Assembly (NCBI GenBank): GCA_051251855.1
Contig: JBPOGI010000001.1
Location: 1,828,791-1,892,790, forward strand
Reading direction: 5' to 3'
DNA length: 64,000 bases
DNA from: Roseibacillus sp.
GTDB taxonomy: Bacteria > Verrucomicrobiota > Verrucomicrobiia > Verrucomicrobiales > Akkermansiaceae
The notes under the pieces were generated by a model. It saw nothing but the letters and a program-made list of their open reading frames with translations. It was not told the DNA's origin and did not search any database. Numbering within the stretch: position 1 is the stretch's first letter; every line of letters starts with the position of its first letter. This document shows, one piece after another, positions 60,854 through 64,000 of the stretch. Position numbers and translations under genes: made by a program.

Positions 60854-62152
60854 TCACTTCCCCGCGTTCATTAACTCCTCAATTTCATCGACCTCAATTG
60901 GGATGCTCCCCATCAAATCAAAGTTCGAACTCTTTCCGATCACGACATCATTCTCCAATCTCACTCCAAGACTCTCCTCCGGAATGTAAATCCCTGGCTC
61001 AATCGTAAAGACCATCCCCTCCCTCACAGGCTCATTGTGCGGCCCCACATCATGAACATCTAAACCCAAATGATGAGAGGTCCCATGCATGAAATACTTA
61101 TTTACCAAGGGCAACTTCTCACGGTCTTGCTCTCGGGCTTCCTTCGCATCTAGGAGCCCCAGGTCCACCAACTCCTTCTCCATGAACTCCCTCACCTGAT
61201 GCTGGTAATCCTTGGGAGTAATTCCGGGCCGTAAAATACCGTCCGCTTGGCGCATCACACTTAGGACCGCGTTGTAAACATCTCGCTGGCGCGGATTGTA
61301 GCGACCATTCACCGGCACCGTCCGAGTCATATCCGCATTCCAGTTGGCATACTCCGCAGCAACATCCATCAGCAACATGTCGCCGTCTTGGCAGACATCC
61401 TTGTTCTCCAAATAGTGCAAAACACAAGCGTTCTTTCCCGTCCCAATAATGGGCGAATACGCAAAACCACGCGAACGTGAGCGAACAAATTCATGGAGAT
61501 ACTCTGCCTCAACCTCCCACTCCCCCACGCCGGGCTTGAGAAACTCCAATACTCGACGAAATCCGGCCTCCGTGATATCGCACGCCTTTTGCAAAACATC
61601 GATCTCCACCTGATCTTTGATAATGCGCAACTCACTCGTCAAAGGAGCCAAGCGCTCATAGCGGTGCAAGGGAAAACGTGCCTGACAATCCTTGATAAAG
61701 CGGTCATTGCGAGTCTCCACTACCCTCATCGCTCGTAAATGCTCGTTGGTCGTTAGATAAATATTCTCAGCCTGGGGAACGAGGGCCATCAAAGTTGCCT
61801 CAAAGGACTGATTCCACTCCACCCTCTCGATACCTGAGACTTGGGCGGCCTGCTCTTTGTCCAGCTTTGCTCCCTCCCAGACCGCAATATGCTCGTTTGT
61901 TTCCCGGACAAATAGAATCTCCCGATCCTTCTCAAGCTTGGCGTCTGGAAAGAGAATAAGAACAGTCTCCTCTTGATCTACCCCACACAGATAAAGCAAG
62001 TCTCTGTTCTGCTGGAGCAAAAATGTTCCATCCGCATTCGTGGGTAGGATATCGTTGGCATGAACTACCACGATGGAGTTCGGCTTCAGCAAGCCACACA
62101 ACTTCTTTCGATTGCGGTTAAAAAGTGACGAGTCTATCGGGTCGTAACGCAT
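60854..62152 (-). CDS. pepP: Xaa-Pro aminopeptidase (M24B)
   Basis: AMP_N domain, CVLHY, DMTRT, HHLGLDVHD, TIEPGIY and GVRLEND. Confidence 0.92.
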   Translation of the reverse strand: MRYDPIDSSLFNRNRKKLCGLLKPNSIVVVHANDILPTNADGTFLLQQNRDLLYLCGVDQEETVLILFPDAKLEKDREILFVRETNEHIAVWEGAKLDKEQAAQVSGIERVEWNQSFEATLMALVPQAENIYLTTNEHLRAMRVVETRNDRFIKDCQARFPLHRYERLAPLTSELRIIKDQVEIDVLQKACDITEAGFRRVLEFLKPGVGEWEVEAEYLHEFVRSRSRGFAYSPIIGTGKNACVLHYLENKDVCQDGDMLLMDVAAEYANWNADMTRTVPVNGRYNPRQRDVYNAVLSVMRQADGILRPGITPKDYQHQVREFMEKELVDLGLLDAKEAREQDREKLPLVNKYFMHGTSHHLGLDVHDVGPHNEPVREGMVFTIEPGIYIPEESLGVRLENDVVIGKSSNFDLMGSIPIEVDEIEELMNAGK

Positions 62153-62259
62153 AGCACGACCTAAGCAACAAACGTGCTAACAAAGAACAGAAAAGTAGCG
62201 GAAGACTCACTTTCCTCACCACATCCTACCCGTCAAGCGCTCAGGGAAACGGGCCGCCA

Positions 62260-62670
62260 TTATTCGGGGGCCAAATAATCAGGGAGGCCCAAGAGTTTCG
62301 CGCTCACCCCGTAGGTCCTTGCCCAGTCGTAGTAAACCATATCGCGGTAGCCGGCTGACCAATCAACAATCACCCAGCCTTTTTTCGTCTCTAAGAACAA
62401 CGCACAGGTGTCGTCGCTCCTGTAGGGCTCCAAGGCGAGGCTTTTCGAATCCTTACCCAGACTCTTTCCAACAAAAAAGCCCCACTTCCCTTCGAGCTTC
62501 AACGACCCTTCGACTTTCACCTCTTCGACTTCTCGACTCGCCTGCTTAGCAACCTCTGCCACGAGCAGAGCTCGCAGAATTTTACTCTCCTCTGAATTTA
62601 CAGGCTCATCAAATAGTTCTGCCCCGAAGAGGTTCGCCGTCAAAAATAGAAAAGCCAAAAAAAGTTTCAT
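62260..62670 (-). CDS. Hypothetical secreted protein
   Basis: Signal peptide MKLFLAFLFLTANLFG. Confidence 0.7.
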   Translation of the reverse strand: MKLFLAFLFLTANLFGAELFDEPVNSEESKILRALLVAEVAKQASREVEEVKVEGSLKLEGKWGFFVGKSLGKDSKSLALEPYRSDDTCALFLETKKGWVIVDWSAGYRDMVYYDWARTYGVSAKLLGLPDYLAPE

Positions 62671-62759
62671 CTCCTGAAACTGAACCCCAAAACACCTCCT
62701 TGCAAGTCAACACTTTACTCCAGTTTCCAAGGGGAGTGCCCCCGAGCCTCACCACAAGA

Positions 62760-63470
62760 TCAAGGAAGACCAGTTTGCTCACAAACTCTAACAACTTCCT
62801 GCTCATCTAGAAACCGCCACTGTTCTTCCTGAAGGCTAGCATCCAATACCAACGGACCCATGGCCTCGCGGTGAAGTCGTATCACCTTGAGACCAAAGCC
62901 AGCAAACATTCGCTTCACCTGATGATGCTTCCCCTCATAAATGGTCAACAAACACTCTTTCTCTGTAAGAAACTCCATTTGAGCAGGTTGAGTCGTCATC
63001 TTCTCCTTCGCAAACCAAACGCCTTCTTTGAAAGCTAAGACGACATCTTCACCAATGGCTCCGTCACAACTGACTCGGTAGCGTTTCCCCAATTTTCTCG
63101 ATGGTTCCGTTAGCGCCTCGGAAAGCACGCTGTCATTCGTGAGCACCATCAATCCCGTGGTAAAACGGTCGAGGCGCCCTGCGAGATGGAGCTCACCTGC
63201 CCACTCCTCCTCGATGAGGTCAATCACCGTTCGATGCTCCGAATCCACTGTCGCGCTCACCACTCCAAGAGGTTTGTGCAGCATCACACTGCGAGCCACC
63301 CGCTTCTGAACCACTGTTTCTTTCCATTCCACTCGGTCAAAGTTTCCCACCAATACCGATGCATCGGACACCACCACACCATTCACGCGCACCCATCCCT
63401 TTGAAAGCTGCTCTCGGACCTCTTTTCGCCCCCACCGCCCCCACGACCTCAAAAGGCGTTCCAATTTCAC
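62760..63470 (-). CDS. rsuA: RsuA-family rRNA pseudouridine synthase
   Basis: S4 domain, HKPLGVVSAT, AGRLDRFTTGL and EGKHHQVKRMF. Confidence 0.88.
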   Translation of the reverse strand: MKLERLLRSWGRWGRKEVREQLSKGWVRVNGVVVSDASVLVGNFDRVEWKETVVQKRVARSVMLHKPLGVVSATVDSEHRTVIDLIEEEWAGELHLAGRLDRFTTGLMVLTNDSVLSEALTEPSRKLGKRYRVSCDGAIGEDVVLAFKEGVWFAKEKMTTQPAQMEFLTEKECLLTIYEGKHHQVKRMFAGFGLKVIRLHREAMGPLVLDASLQEEQWRFLDEQEVVRVCEQTGLP

Positions 63471-63689
63471 CCCAAGAGATTAACCATATTCGTCAAAAAA
63501 TACGAGAACCGCTTCCCACCCCCCACAAACACACAAGCAAGCCACTCACTATGAACACTTTAAAGAAAAAAACAAACCATCAGGAAATTTTTGCAAAAAA
63601 GATGCAACTCTTCGTTTGCACGGTGGTTTTTCTCCTCTAGGTTACTCCTGAGCTAAGCTCAGTGTATCGATACCAAACTATAGTTAACT

Positions 63690-64000
63690 ATGAAAACCAT
63701 CCTAACGACCGCCCTCGCTTCATTCTTCCTCGCTGGATTCGCCCTCGCTGGTGATTGTGGCAAGTGCAAGAAAGGCGAAAAGAAAGAAGAAGCTGTCCTC
63801 GCTGGTGATTGCAAGAAGAAGTGCAAAGACGGTGAGAAAGAAGAAGCCGTCATCGCTGGTGACTGCAAGAAGAAGTGCAAAGACGGCGAAAAGGAAGAGG
63901 CCGTAATCGCCGGTGATTGCAAAAAGAAGTGCAAGGACGGCGAGAAGGAAGAAGCTCTCATCGCTGGTGACTGCAAGAAGAAGTGCAAGGACGGCGAGAA
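63690..64000 (+). CDS. 3'-truncated secreted Cys/Lys-rich tandem-repeat protein
   Basis: Manual translation: MKTILTTALASFFLAGFALA then GDCGKCKKGEKKEEAVLA / GDCKKKCKDGEKEEAVIA x2 / GDCKKKCKDGEKEEALIA / GDCKKKCKDGE... No stop codon before the window end. Confidence 0.85.
   Translation, partial: MKTILTTALASFFLAGFALAGDCGKCKKGEKKEEAVLAGDCKKKCKDGEKEEAVIAGDCKKKCKDGEKEEAVIAGDCKKKCKDGEKEEALIAGDCKKKCKDGE
63750..64000 (+). repeat. 54-bp coding tandem repeat (at least 4.6 copies)
   Basis: Units start at 63750, 63804, 63858, 63912 and 63966. Differences between units 2 and 3 are synonymous. Confidence 0.92.

Noticed and set aside
63659..63988. Minus-strand repeat ORF (MHFFLQSPA...)
   Set aside because: It is the antisense shadow of the + strand Cys-rich repeat gene, which has the signal peptide and the synonymous variation.
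63750..64000. Possible CRISPR array
   Set aside because: The 54-bp units are contiguous, in frame and have no unique spacers, and there are no cas genes.

Overview
Bacterial chromosomal segment, most likely from Verrucomicrobiota (Verrucomicrobiales-like; inferred from gene families, not from a marker gene). It is mostly core and housekeeping DNA: DAHP synthase, araBD, a sigma-54 activator, a Deg protease pair, an IscU-like gene, gltX, type II glutamine synthetase, purU, a type II secretion/pseudopilus cluster (gspG to gspD), prmA-birA-nadC, tamB-tamA, peptide and other ABC transporters, rpsM-rpsK-rpsD, proC, folP, pepP and rsuA. I found no rRNA, tRNA, CRISPR array, transposase or prophage. 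The most interesting signals are: (1) a secreted Cys/Lys-rich 18-aa tandem-repeat protein at the right edge, absent from the ORF track, in which every repeat ends in a copy of the signal-peptide cleavage context; (2) a run of 8-9 back-to-back hairpins after proC whose G-U pairs favour a + strand RNA; (3) a minimal kinase fused to a PP2C phosphatase next to a sigma-54-driven glutamine synthetase; (4) an active/inactive Deg protease pair overlapping the IscU-like gene; (5) a 109-aa internal duplication in TamB; (6) several REP-like palindromes. All calls come from motif recognition by eye, with no database searches. Start codons are best estimates.
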